Shown: in pieces, positions 18,730 through 29,553 of the stretch
How the letters are laid out: every line of letters begins with the position of its first letter
Numbering within the stretch: the stretch's first letter is position 1
Assembly: GCA_963727625.1 (NCBI GenBank)
Contig: CAVSHR010000009.1
Coordinates: forward strand, 1 to 64,000
DNA length: 64,000 bases
DNA from: an uncultured delta proteobacterium
Lineage (GTDB): Bacteria; Desulfobacterota; Binatia; UBA9968
Reading direction: 5' to 3'
Program-made: the position numbers and the translations under genes
The notes under the pieces: generated by a model
Seen by the model: only the letters and a program-made list of their open reading frames with translations
Database searches by the model: none
Told to the model about the DNA's origin: nothing

Positions 18730-20190
18730 ATGGATTCCGCCAGCACGAACGAAAATCGGCCCCAATCTTCCCTCGACGATCAATTGCCTTCTACCTATCC
18801 GCCCGGTGACGCCATTTGGAAAGATCCGAGTCAGGAGGATCTTTTTGTCGATGACAAAACTCCCGGGGACACTCCGTTTCGCGGGGGACAGAATCAACGC
18901 CGCTTCTATCTTCCGGTCAAAGGCAAATTTTTGCTATCGACGACATTCTCACTCGCTTGGGTGAGCGTTTCATGGTTTCTCGCGCAGCATTGGATGAACG
19001 ATCTTGGCCAGGTCATTGGATACGGTCCCGCCGTGGTGACGATATTTTTCATTGCGCTGCTTCCGGGTTTTTTGAACGCGCATATTCTATCCAGCGTCGT
19101 ATTGGACAAACCGCCGCCGCTTTCGCTCAATCTCAATTTTCCTAAAATCAGCCTGCTCATCGCTGCTTATAACGAGGCGAAAAATATCGCGGAGACGTTC
19201 CGCGGCATCAAAGGCCAAGATTATCCCGGCGAGCTGGAAATTATCGTGGTCGACGACGGCTCCACCGACGATACCGTCGCCACACTGCGCTCTTTTAATT
19301 TGACTAATTTAAGAATCGTCCAGGCCCATCACGGCGGCAAAGCCAACGCGCTCAATCAGGGACTGGAACATGTCACCCAGGATATCGTCGTCTGCATCGA
19401 CGCCGACACTTTCTTGCACCCGCAAGCGCTGCGCAGAATCGTCTCGCGCTTCTTGACCGATCCGGCCGATACGGCCGCAATTGCCGGCTGCGTCTTGGTA
19501 AAGAATTCACGCTCCACTTTCATGGCCCGGCTGCAGGAGTGGGATTATTTCACCGGGATCGCGTCCGCGAAGCGGCAGCAATCGCTTTATCAAGGGACTC
19601 TGGTCGCCCAGGGAGCCTTCAGCGCCTTCCGCACAAAGCTGATCAGAGCGCATCATGGCTGGCCGGCAGTGATCGGCGAAGATATCGTTCTGACCTGGTC
19701 GCTGATCAAGAGCGGCTGGCGCATCGGCTTCGAACCGACGGCCATCGGCTTTACCGCGGCGCCGGAAACCCTCAAAGGGTTTTATCGCCAGCGTAAACGC
19801 TGGGCGCGCGGTATGATCGAAGGCTTGAAGCAGCATGGTCATCTGGTGTGGAGCAGCGCAAGACTATCTTCCTTTTTTGTCGCCATCGATTTCATCATTC
19901 CGTTCATCGATCTATTTTATGCATTCGTTTTTTTGCCCGGCGTTGTCTTAGCGTTCTTTGGTTATTTTTACATTGTAGGTCCGTTGACCTTGCTTGTCCT
20001 GCCGTTGGCATTACTGATTGTCCTAATCATGTACAAAAAACAAAAAGCGGTGTTTGACGAGCTTGGTCTTAAGGTGCGGCAGAACTTTGTCGGCTTTCTC
20101 GTTTATATGCTCATCTATCAAGTGCTCATGTCGCCGATTTGTGTCCTGGGCTACAGCCAGGAACTCTTAGGCACGGCCAAGAAGTGGTAA
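18730..20190 (+). CDS. Processive family 2 glycosyltransferase (PgaC/IcaA-like)
   Basis: AYNE, VDDGSTD, GKANALN, IDADT, GEDI, QRKRW; N- and C-terminal TM helices; start uncertain. Confidence 0.88.
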   Translation: MDSASTNENRPQSSLDDQLPSTYPPGDAIWKDPSQEDLFVDDKTPGDTPFRGGQNQRRFYLPVKGKFLLSTTFSLAWVSVSWFLAQHWMNDLGQVIGYGPAVVTIFFIALLPGFLNAHILSSVVLDKPPPLSLNLNFPKISLLIAAYNEAKNIAETFRGIKGQDYPGELEIIVVDDGSTDDTVATLRSFNLTNLRIVQAHHGGKANALNQGLEHVTQDIVVCIDADTFLHPQALRRIVSRFLTDPADTAAIAGCVLVKNSRSTFMARLQEWDYFTGIASAKRQQSLYQGTLVAQGAFSAFRTKLIRAHHGWPAVIGEDIVLTWSLIKSGWRIGFEPTAIGFTAAPETLKGFYRQRKRWARGMIEGLKQHGHLVWSSARLSSFFVAIDFIIPFIDLFYAFVFLPGVVLAFFGYFYIVGPLTLLVLPLALLIVLIMYKKQKAVFDELGLKVRQNFVGFLVYMLIYQVLMSPICVLGYSQELLGTAKKW

Positions 20191-20423
20191 ACACAGCTAG
20201 ATCCCTCGCCAATCCAGCTACTTAGAAGACAAACAAACAGCCACAAGGACTCTCTACGACCAACCTCGAGGGCCCTTAAACCAACGTTGAAACGCAGCCA
20301 GCCTGAGTTCCCGATGGCCCCTTCTAAGGCGCTTCAGGAATTTTTCTGTATTCTATAACTAAGTTTTGTTACTATTGAGACAAGAGCGCTCAAAAAAACC
20401 ATTCGTTAGAATGTGAAATAGTA

Positions 20424-21962
20424 ATGAAACTAGGACAAATCTTCATTTGCTTGCTGCTTGTTGCTTTACCGGCAGTCTCATCAGCCCAGACCGTAGAGCA
20501 GCTACAGAAAGCGATAAACTCGACATCGGATCGAAGCGCGCAGAGTAAGCTATACAAGCAACTCGGCGACGCTTTTGTCGCTCAGGATAAAATTGCTGAA
20601 GCCGCGGAGGCATTCTCAAAGGCGTTGTCTTTGGGTCGGGATGGATTCGCAGCCAGCGAGCGAGTCCGGATGGCTATGTATCTTTCCTGGGCCGACCGGT
20701 TGCAGGAATCAAAAGATGAGCTTGGTCGACTGCTAGCCCGGGAACCGAAAAACATTGCCGCCCGAACCCATCTAGCCCGCGTGCTTGCGTGGTTGGGGGA
20801 ACTCAGCGAGGCGATCGCGCAAGCGGATAGGGTTCTAAAGGATGCGCCGGATCACAAAGAGGCGCTGCTGGTCAAAGCCGATGCCTTGCAGTGGCAAGGC
20901 CGATACCTGGAAGCGATCCCGATCTACCAAAAACTCGTCGCTCGGAACGGCGACTACGACACCCGCGTCGGCTTGGCGCGCTCGATGCTGGCGGTCAAGA
21001 ATCGTACGGCAGCGCTCGCCGGTTTAAACTCGTTAAAACCGGCCAACCCCCGGCAGAAACGGGAATTGACGAAATTGACCGACGCCATTGACCAGGAAAC
21101 CAGTCCGTCGCTGGAGGGGCGCTACAATTATTACCACGACTCGGATCGCAACCGATTGAACCGCTATTCGCTGCTGGGCAGTTTTTGGGGCTTCAACCAG
21201 AAGTACGGTCTCAGTTACCGCCACACCGACGCCGACGATCCGATGCGCGACAACCACGCCGAAGACCTGCTGCTCAACGTCTACTCGCGCCTATCGGATC
21301 GTTTCGCAGGCGGCGCGGGTGTCGGCTTTACCCAGCTCGTCGACCGTCATACCTCGAACTTTCCCACCGGTCATCTGCGGCTCGACGCCAGACTCTTTGG
21401 CGGCAGCGCCGGCGCCAGCGTCACCCGCGAGGTCTTAACCGATACCGCCGAGTTGATTCAAAACCGCATCCGTATGACCAATGTCGGGCTCTACCTCGAC
21501 CAGCCCTTGACCGACCGAATTTCCGTTCACGCTGGTTACAACTATAAGACTTTCTCGGACGGTAACCACGCCAACGATCTGCAGCTCGTGTCGCAGTATG
21601 CGATATTTCTTGCGCCGCGGATCATGATCGGCCATCGCTTTCGCCTGCTTGATTTCCAGAAACAAAGCCGCAGCGGCTTCTTCGATCCCAACAATTACAT
21701 CGCCAACCGGGTTTTCACCTCGGCGTATTACGAGAACCGATATTTTTATACCTACCTGGAAGGTTTCATCGGCTACGAAACTTATCGACGATATGGCGTC
21801 GCCACCGACAATATCATTCACGGCGGCGCCGGCAGTCTCGGCGTAAAACCGATGGCCAATCTAGCGATCGAAGTAAACGTCGAAGGCGGCAATTTTGCCG
21901 CCGGTTCCGCCTCCGGTTTTAATTACTTCATCGTCGGCCCGCGGATAGTCTACCGATTCTAA
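20424..21962 (+). CDS. TPR-containing outer-membrane beta-barrel protein (PgaA/YaiO-like architecture)
   Basis: Signal peptide, TPR-like helices (LARVLAWLGELSEAI), Tyr/Gly-rich strands, terminal YRF. Confidence 0.72.
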   Translation: MKLGQIFICLLLVALPAVSSAQTVEQLQKAINSTSDRSAQSKLYKQLGDAFVAQDKIAEAAEAFSKALSLGRDGFAASERVRMAMYLSWADRLQESKDELGRLLAREPKNIAARTHLARVLAWLGELSEAIAQADRVLKDAPDHKEALLVKADALQWQGRYLEAIPIYQKLVARNGDYDTRVGLARSMLAVKNRTAALAGLNSLKPANPRQKRELTKLTDAIDQETSPSLEGRYNYYHDSDRNRLNRYSLLGSFWGFNQKYGLSYRHTDADDPMRDNHAEDLLLNVYSRLSDRFAGGAGVGFTQLVDRHTSNFPTGHLRLDARLFGGSAGASVTREVLTDTAELIQNRIRMTNVGLYLDQPLTDRISVHAGYNYKTFSDGNHANDLQLVSQYAIFLAPRIMIGHRFRLLDFQKQSRSGFFDPNNYIANRVFTSAYYENRYFYTYLEGFIGYETYRRYGVATDNIIHGGAGSLGVKPMANLAIEVNVEGGNFAAGSASGFNYFIVGPRIVYRF

Positions 21963-22054
21963 ACTTCGCCGGCTGTCGCTCGCCTCATCCTCAAAAGCTC
22001 GCTCCACGCCATCTCGAGTGCTCCTGGTTTTTCAAAGCCAGGCATATTTGCTAA

Positions 22055-23242
<1,188 letters not shown>

Positions 23243-23361
23243 AATTGTCGTCCGAACCCATCGCCGAGAACGTCGTTGGGGTCCCGCGGCGAAGCCGCCT
23301 CGCCCGCGTAATACCGCGAAAATTTTCCAGAAATTTAATCGAACTTTGGTGGAAAAACGTC

Positions 23362-23390
23362 TTGCAGTTTAGGTCATTTCTTTCTATAAG
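23362..23390 (+). promoter_or_regulatory. Sigma70-type promoter of coxS-M-G
   Basis: TTGCAG-17nt-TATAAG. Confidence 0.5.
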
Positions 23391-23458
23391 AGAGCCCTGG
23401 TGGGTTTTTCCAGCCTGCACCGAAACTCCGTGAAAGAAAACTGGAGGAAGAAACAGCG

Positions 23459-23926
23459 ATGAACAAGAAGATCAAATTTCGCGTCAACGGCAAGCGCGTC
23501 GAGGCCGAAGTGCCGACCAATCGGTTACTGATCGATTGCTTGCGCTACGATCTTGGCTTGACCGGCACCAAGGAAGGCTGCAGCGTCGGCGTCTGCGGCG
23601 CTTGCACCGTGCTCATGGATGGGGACATGATCAGTTCCTGCTTGACCCTGGCGGTGATGGCGGACGGTCACGATATCACCACGGTGGAGGGGCTGGCAAA
23701 AAACGGCGAGCTCAATCCAGTTCAGAAAAGCTTTATCCATTACGGCGGTTTTCAGTGCGGTATCTGCACGCCCGGTCAGGTTGTCGCGGCCACGGCGTTG
23801 CTGGCGGAAAACCCCAAGCCCAATGAGGATGAGATTAAAGACTGGATGATGGGCAACCTGTGCCGCTGCACGGGTTATTACAAGATCATCGAATCGATCC
23901 AGAAAGCCCACCAATTCGCAAAATAA
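23459..23926 (+). CDS. Molybdenum hydroxylase 2Fe-2S subunit (CoxS/CutS-like)
   Basis: GCSVGVCGACTV, QCGICTPG, GNLCRCTGY. Confidence 0.93.
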   Translation: MNKKIKFRVNGKRVEAEVPTNRLLIDCLRYDLGLTGTKEGCSVGVCGACTVLMDGDMISSCLTLAVMADGHDITTVEGLAKNGELNPVQKSFIHYGGFQCGICTPGQVVAATALLAENPKPNEDEIKDWMMGNLCRCTGYYKIIESIQKAHQFAK

Positions 23927-23936
23927 GGATACAGCC

Positions 23937-24875
23937 ATGATACCTTTTGAATATCGCACCCCGAAAAACCTCAAGGAAGTTCATGCGACGCTAAAGGAAT
24001 TCGGAGGCGACGCCAAGTTGATCGCCGGCGGCACCGCTCTGGTGATCATGATGAAGCAGCGTCTCGTGCGCCCCAGCTGCCTGGTCAGCTTGCGTTCCGT
24101 GCGCGGGTTGAACGGCATCGAAATTAAAGACAGCGGCCTCTCGATCGGCGGTCTGGCCACCCATCGTGAAGTCGAGAGCTCGGCACTGCTGCGCCGCCGC
24201 TTGCCCATGCTCGCGGAAACCTATCATCATGTCGCCACCCTGCGGGTGCGCAACATGGCGACGGTGGGCGGTGGGCTGGCCCACGCCGATCCGAACCAGG
24301 ATCCGCCGCCGAGCCTGATCGCTCTCGGCGCCACGGTGAAAGCGACTTCCGCCAACGGCAGCCGGGTAATTCCGCTCGACGAGTTCTTTAAAGACTACTA
24401 CGAGACGGTGCTCCATCCCGACGAGATCATCACCGCGGTGATGGTCCCCAAAACCGCGCCCAATAGCGGCGCGGCCTATATTAAATTTTTACCTCGTACC
24501 GCCGACGATTATGCCACGGTATCGGCCGCGGCCGTGCTGACTCTCGATAAGACAAAGAAAACCATCGCCGACGTGCGCATCGCGCTCGGCAGCGTCGGCG
24601 TGACCCCGATTCGCGCCACCGAAGCCGAAGCCTTGCTGCGCGGCCAACCGTTAAAAGCCGAAGCTTTTGCCGAAGCCGGCGAAAAAGCCAAAGAGGCGGT
24701 GGATCCGGTCAGTGATTTCCGCGGGTCGGCTGCCTACAAGAAAGACATGGCGGCGGTCTTCGTTCGGCGCGCGTTGGAAAAAGCTCTCGCCGATATCCGC
24801 CAGCAAACCCGCGCCAAAGCGGCAGCCAAACCAGCCAAAAAGAAGGCTGTCAAAAAGAAAGGTAAGAGACGTTGA
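23937..24875 (+). CDS. Molybdenum hydroxylase FAD subunit (CoxM/CutM-like)
   Basis: IAGGTAL, RNMATVGG.LAHADP, DFRGSAAYK; Lys-rich tail. Confidence 0.92.
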   Translation: MIPFEYRTPKNLKEVHATLKEFGGDAKLIAGGTALVIMMKQRLVRPSCLVSLRSVRGLNGIEIKDSGLSIGGLATHREVESSALLRRRLPMLAETYHHVATLRVRNMATVGGGLAHADPNQDPPPSLIALGATVKATSANGSRVIPLDEFFKDYYETVLHPDEIITAVMVPKTAPNSGAAYIKFLPRTADDYATVSAAAVLTLDKTKKTIADVRIALGSVGVTPIRATEAEALLRGQPLKAEAFAEAGEKAKEAVDPVSDFRGSAAYKKDMAAVFVRRALEKALADIRQQTRAKAAAKPAKKKAVKKKGKRR

Positions 24876-25324
24876 AATTCAGCCAGACCGCGCAAATTCC
24901 CGTCGCTCGCGAGCCTCTATGGAATTTTCTAATGGATGTCCCCCGAGTCGCTAAGTCCCTGCCAGGGGTCGAGTCCGTGAGTAAAATCGACGATACAACT
25001 TACGAAGGCGTGTTAACAGTTCGAGTCGGCCCGATCAAACTAAACCTCCAAGGCAAGATCATCCTCGAAGAGCAAAATAAAAACGAGTGGCGCGCCGCGT
25101 TGCGCGCCGAAGCGAAAGACCGCATGGCGGCTGGCGCGGTGAGCGGCAAAACCAGCATGAGCCTCAAAGAGCTCGGCGCCAGTCAGACTGAACTAATGGT
25201 CGAAACCGACGTGAATATTCTTGGCAAGATAGGCGAGTTCGGTCAGCCGATCATCCGCAAGAAGGCGGACGCCATGCTGAAAGAGTTTGTCGAGAACATC
25301 AAAAAGCAGCTAACTGGAAAGTAA
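24872..25324 (+). CDS. CoxG/SRPBCC family protein
   Basis: LWNFLMD..RVAKSLPG, VRVGPI, GKIGEFGQPII. Confidence 0.88.
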   Translation: MKFSQTAQIPVAREPLWNFLMDVPRVAKSLPGVESVSKIDDTTYEGVLTVRVGPIKLNLQGKIILEEQNKNEWRAALRAEAKDRMAAGAVSGKTSMSLKELGASQTELMVETDVNILGKIGEFGQPIIRKKADAMLKEFVENIKKQLTGK

Positions 25325-26155
25325 GCGAGTCGACCCTTCGCCGACACTGTCGGCATCGTCGTCAGAATTCAACTCTTGCTCCGAAATTCGGCCGAGGACT
25401 CGATTATAACAGTCCTCGGCCAATTTTTTTCGCCCGCTCGAGTTGTCCGGGTAGCGAAAACATTCGACCTTCGGCTGGATCGTTACCAACACCTCGACAC
25501 TGCGCAGCCCGAGTAAATTCCAAAAGTGCGAGACGAACTCCATGTCGCCGTACCAGTATACCGAGTCGCGGTTCGCCGGGGTCACCGGCTGGTCATTGAT
25601 GGTTTTGTAGGTGACCGTGACCGGCGCGATGATCGATCGGCTGCGCAGCGGCGCCGCCAGCGGCACGGTCTGGAAGGGCAGCATTTTCTCGCCGTTCGTC
25701 GATGTCCCTTCGGGGAACAGTAGGATATTGGCCTCCTGCTTGAGTTTCCGGGTCAACTCTCCGATCAGCGCGCGCACTAGTCCTTTGCGCTGGCGGTTGA
25801 TAAAAATCGTGCCGCACAGCATGTTCCACTGGCCGATGATCGGCCAGTTTTTAACCTCCCGTTTGGATACGAACAAGATCGGGAAGATACTGCCGAGAAC
25901 GATGCCGTCGACGTAGCTCACGTGGTTCGCGATGATCACGTATCCGCCTCGCTCCAGCTGCCCCTCGTCGCCGGCCACGGTGACTTTGATTTTCAGAATC
26001 AGCCGCATCAATAGGATTAAATTTCGGTTCAGCCGGCTGATTATTTTCCAGCGGTTGGGCAACCTGAGGATGGAAACCCAAAGATGAACCATCACCACCA
26101 GGCCGAAAAAAAACGCCCACAGCGAAAGGAAAGCGGCTAATTTAAGCGGGCGCAT
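25310..26155 (-). CDS. Lysophospholipid acyltransferase (OlsA/PlsC-like)
   Basis: NHVSYVD, FVSKREV, FPEGTS; follows an OlsB-like gene. Confidence 0.88.
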   Translation of the reverse strand: MRPLKLAAFLSLWAFFFGLVVMVHLWVSILRLPNRWKIISRLNRNLILLMRLILKIKVTVAGDEGQLERGGYVIIANHVSYVDGIVLGSIFPILFVSKREVKNWPIIGQWNMLCGTIFINRQRKGLVRALIGELTRKLKQEANILLFPEGTSTNGEKMLPFQTVPLAAPLRSRSIIAPVTVTYKTINDQPVTPANRDSVYWYGDMEFVSHFWNLLGLRSVEVLVTIQPKVECFRYPDNSSGRKKLAEDCYNRVLGRISEQELNSDDDADSVGEGSTRLLSS

Positions 26156-26909
26156 CGCTGACCTTCATTTCCGTCAGGCCGAGCCGCTTCAAATATTCTT
26201 CCTTCATTGCACCAAAATCCAGAAGTAAAAAAAAATCGGCGGTGCCGAATTCCTCGTCCAGCGCCGGTGGGCCGCAGACCAACGAACCGATCCGCAAATA
26301 GCCCTTGATCAAACTGGGCAGCTTTTGAAACAACGCCTGTTCGTCGCCCAACGGCAGATCATCGATGAGCCCCTTGAACCGGCACTTTTCCAGGGGATGA
26401 ACCCGGCAGGCATCGGGCGCAAAATATTTTTTCTTGAGCAGTGCGTACACGCCGCTCACTTCCACCGCAGCGGTGCTGTACAAGCTGCCGCAGCCGAAAA
26501 GATAGCGCACTCTATGCCTTCGAACTTGTTCGGTGATCGCCTCCCACATGAGCGGAATCAGCGCCCGGTCGCGGAAATCTTTGCGCGCACAGGAGCGACC
26601 GAGCTCCATCAATTCACCGTCGAGCTGTTTGATGCGGGACAGATCGAACTCTTTCTCGGAATAGAAGCCGATGTTTCGGCGCGCCTGAATTCCGCGCAAC
26701 AGACGATAGGTGCCGACGACAGCGCCGGTTCTAAGCTCCCGGACGATTAAATGATCGCAATAGGGATCGAACTCATCCACGTCTAGGCCGCGCTCGTAAG
26801 ACGATTTCAATCCTTTGTTGAGCTCGAGGTTGAAGACTTCAAACCGGAGCCGTTGCGCTTGTTCGATCTCGCTTGGCTCGGTGGCGATTTTGACTTCGAA
26901 GTCGGCCAT
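26142..26909 (-). CDS. olsB: GNAT-fold N-acyltransferase, ornithine-lipid OlsB-like
   Basis: AQRLRFEVF, DEFDPYCDHL, VGTYRLL, ELGRSC, PSLIKGYLRIG...PALD.EFGTAD. Confidence 0.8.
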   Translation of the reverse strand: MADFEVKIATEPSEIEQAQRLRFEVFNLELNKGLKSSYERGLDVDEFDPYCDHLIVRELRTGAVVGTYRLLRGIQARRNIGFYSEKEFDLSRIKQLDGELMELGRSCARKDFRDRALIPLMWEAITEQVRRHRVRYLFGCGSLYSTAAVEVSGVYALLKKKYFAPDACRVHPLEKCRFKGLIDDLPLGDEQALFQKLPSLIKGYLRIGSLVCGPPALDEEFGTADFFLLLDFGAMKEEYLKRLGLTEMKVSDAPA

Positions 26910-26980
26910 TCACTCGGAAAATAACACAGGCACGCTCATTTGAAAACTCTTGGCGCAGAGGTCAGTGGATCGACACCGCG

Positions 26981-27742
26981 CTAGCGGTGACGCCAACTCG
27001 GCGGGCGCTTTTGCAGAAACGCGGCAACGCCTTCGCCGACATCCGCTGTCTTGAGCAGCTCGCCGCAATAGATTTCTTCGGAGCGCTTGAGCGCCTGGCT
27101 AAAACCTTGGATCGACAGTTCGCGCAAGCCTTTTAGGGCCAAGCGCAGCACCGCACCGCTTTTCCCGAGCAGCTCGTCGGTCAAGGTTTGCAGACCGATG
27201 TCAAATTGATCCGCTTCGGTGACCCGATTGATCAATCCCATGTCTTGCGCTTCGCGCGCCGAAAAGCGCCGGCCGGTGAGAATCATTTCGGCCGCCCTGT
27301 GGTAGCCGATCAAAGCGGAAAAGCGCGCCAGCGCCACCGGCGGGTAGCAGCCGACAAAAATTTCCGGCGTGGCAAAAAAACTTTCCTCCGAGGCGACGAT
27401 CAAGTCGCAAGAGCTGGCGATTTCCAGGCCGCCGCCGAGACAGACGCCGCGGACCGCCGCGATGGTCACCTGCGGCAGGGACAAAAGCTTGCGAATGACG
27501 CCGTGCACGACATCGAGCATCTCCGGAACTTTCTCCGGCGTATGATCGCGAATGTCGACTCCCGCGGAAAACGCTCGCTCTCCCGCGCCGCCTAGAATGA
27601 CCACATCAACCTCGCCTTGCGCCGCGCAGGAATTCAGGACACCGTCGAACTCGCGCAGCAGCCCGATATCAAGGACGTTCAAGGGAGGACGGTCCCAGAC
27701 GATCGATATAAGGCGACCTTTTTTTTCATATTTAACGGCCAT
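26981..27742 (-). CDS. Enoyl-CoA hydratase/isomerase family protein
   Basis: RPPLNVLD, AFSAGVDI, CLGGGLE, PEI.VGCYPP. Confidence 0.92.
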   Translation of the reverse strand: MAVKYEKKGRLISIVWDRPPLNVLDIGLLREFDGVLNSCAAQGEVDVVILGGAGERAFSAGVDIRDHTPEKVPEMLDVVHGVIRKLLSLPQVTIAAVRGVCLGGGLEIASSCDLIVASEESFFATPEIFVGCYPPVALARFSALIGYHRAAEMILTGRRFSAREAQDMGLINRVTEADQFDIGLQTLTDELLGKSGAVLRLALKGLRELSIQGFSQALKRSEEIYCGELLKTADVGEGVAAFLQKRPPSWRHR

Positions 27743-27856
27743 GAACCTGCGTCCTCCAAGTGTTTTTAAGTCGGCTAAAACCAGCCAAAGAACACTTTTT
27801 TAAACTATGAGTGAAGCGCATACAAGTATACCGCCGGGGTAGCGGTTCAATTTCCC

Positions 27857-27929
27857 AGATCCCTTTCTTTCTTTCTTTGGGATGACCGAGGCCTCCCTTA
27901 GCGATCATTCCAAGCAAAGCGAGGAATCT
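27857..27929. repeat. Degenerate REP-like element pair
   Basis: AGATCCCT...GGGATGAC (27857-27886) and ATCATTCCAAGCAAAGCGAGGAATCT (27904-27929), resembling GTCATTCCGAGCGAAGCGAGGAATCT-type intergenic repeats in opposite orientations. Confidence 0.5.
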
Positions 27930-27992
27930 TTGTCGATGCGCAAGCTCGCTTCGAATTCGGTCCGAACCACTACCCTACGCCTCAAACTAAAT

Positions 27993-28021
27993 TTGACAAA
28001 GGCATGAGCAGCCCCTAAACT
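27993..28021 (+). promoter_or_regulatory. Sigma70-type promoter of OmpA-family gene
   Basis: TTGACA-17nt-TAAACT; AAGGAGG before ATG 28053. Confidence 0.7.
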
Positions 28022-28052
28022 TATGTTTTACAGGCTCCTTAAGGAGGACTTC

Positions 28053-28814
28053 ATGAAAACTGCACGCCTTTTTGTGATGGGTCTGGTGCTTTTTTCCACG
28101 CTAGGAATGCGTGACGCGGTCGCAGCGCCGGACGAGTACGATGACAGTCAGTCCAATCCGTTGAGAATCGCCGCGTACTTGTTGTATCCGGTGGGTTGGC
28201 TGGCGGAATGGACGGTGTTTCGGCCTTTCCACTTTTTGGTAAGCGCCACCGAACCGCAGGAAGCCTTTTTCGGTCACCGGCCGCACCCCCCTGTGTTGGC
28301 TGAGCCACAGCCCTTGCATGATTACGGCGTGGTCAAAAGAACCCCGCTCAAACAAGCTGCCGTAGAGCCAAATGTGGTTGCGCCGGCAACGCCTCCCGAG
28401 ACCGTCAAGATCGTCGAGGTGCCAGTGGAGAAGATTGTCGTCAGGGAAGTGCCAAAAATCGTCGAAGTCGAGAAGGTTGTCTTTCCCGCGGTAGCCTTTC
28501 GCTTCAATTCCGCCGAGCTCACTGATCTCGGCAAGGGTCAGGTTTATCTCGCCGCGCAGCGGCTAAAAGAAAAAGCCGATTTGACCGTCGCCATCGAAGG
28601 CCACACCGACGCAGTCGGCAGTGAAGAATACAATCAAAAGCTGGGGCAGCAGCGGGCCGAGACCGTGATCAGAGGGCTCAAGGCCCAGGGTATCGACTCC
28701 AGCCGCGTGTCCGCCGTAAGCCTGGGTGAAAGCAAACCGTTGATCAACCAGGACGCGCAGTGGGCGCGCGCGGTCAACCGCCGGGTTGAATTCCAGGTAA
28801 AAGGCGCGCGCTAA
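28053..28814 (+). CDS. OmpA C-like peptidoglycan-binding protein with unrecognised N-terminal domain
   Basis: IEGHTDAVGSEEYNQKLG..RA, NRRVEF; signal peptide. Confidence 0.9.
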   Translation: MKTARLFVMGLVLFSTLGMRDAVAAPDEYDDSQSNPLRIAAYLLYPVGWLAEWTVFRPFHFLVSATEPQEAFFGHRPHPPVLAEPQPLHDYGVVKRTPLKQAAVEPNVVAPATPPETVKIVEVPVEKIVVREVPKIVEVEKVVFPAVAFRFNSAELTDLGKGQVYLAAQRLKEKADLTVAIEGHTDAVGSEEYNQKLGQQRAETVIRGLKAQGIDSSRVSAVSLGESKPLINQDAQWARAVNRRVEFQVKGAR

Positions 28815-28835
28815 AAGCAACGATATTTTCGTCGC

Positions 28836-28870
28836 AAGCCCAGCCTGATTTGTAGGCTGGGCTTTTTTTT
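28836..28870 (+). terminator. Rho-independent terminator
   Basis: AAGCCCAGCCT-loop-AGGCTGGGCTT followed by T-run. Confidence 0.85.
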
Positions 28871-28918
28871 CGCCGTCCCGCGTATTTCAATTGCGACGGG
28901 TCTCATCAGCGATTAACA

Positions 28919-29530
28919 ATGAGTTACAACCCGCAGGATCGATATTTTAAAAAAGCCAAGCAGGAGGGGTATCGCTCGCGCGCAGCCTACAAACTGCTTG
29001 AACTGCAGCAGCGCTATCGCATATTACGGCTGGGCGATTCGGTCGTCGATCTCGGCGCCGCTCCCGGTGGGTGGCTGCAAGTCGCCGCCAAGATCGTCGG
29101 CCAGAAGGGGAAAATCGTCGGCATCGATTTGCAAGCGATTGAGCCCTTACCTCAAAGTAATATCGCTCTGCTCTGCGGCGACATTACCGACGGCGAGATC
29201 CAGCAGAGAATCAAGCAGCTGTTGGACGGGCCGGCCGACTGCGTGATTTCCGACATGGCGCCAAGGCTGAGCGGCATTCGCGACGCCGACATGGCGCGCT
29301 GCTTAGAGCTAAACCGCACTGCGCTCGGCGTTGCCATTCAGTTGCTACGGAAGGGCGGCATTTTACTGATCAAGAGTTTCCTCAGCGACAACCTGCACGA
29401 GTTCACCGCAGAATTAAAGCAGCATTTCGCTGCCGTACAACGGACCAAGCCCGAAGCGACGCGCCAGGGCTCGTCAGAGTTTTATTTTCTGGCCAAGGGA
29501 TTCAACGGGACCACCGGCGCGTCGGCCTGA
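28919..29530 (+). CDS. rlmE: 23S rRNA Um2552 2'-O-methyltransferase
   Basis: GYRSRAAYKL, DLGAAPGGW, SDMAP, KP.ATR..SSE. Confidence 0.95.
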   Translation: MSYNPQDRYFKKAKQEGYRSRAAYKLLELQQRYRILRLGDSVVDLGAAPGGWLQVAAKIVGQKGKIVGIDLQAIEPLPQSNIALLCGDITDGEIQQRIKQLLDGPADCVISDMAPRLSGIRDADMARCLELNRTALGVAIQLLRKGGILLIKSFLSDNLHEFTAELKQHFAAVQRTKPEATRQGSSEFYFLAKGFNGTTGASA

Positions 29531-29553
29531 TCCGCAGCATCCCATGTCCGCGC

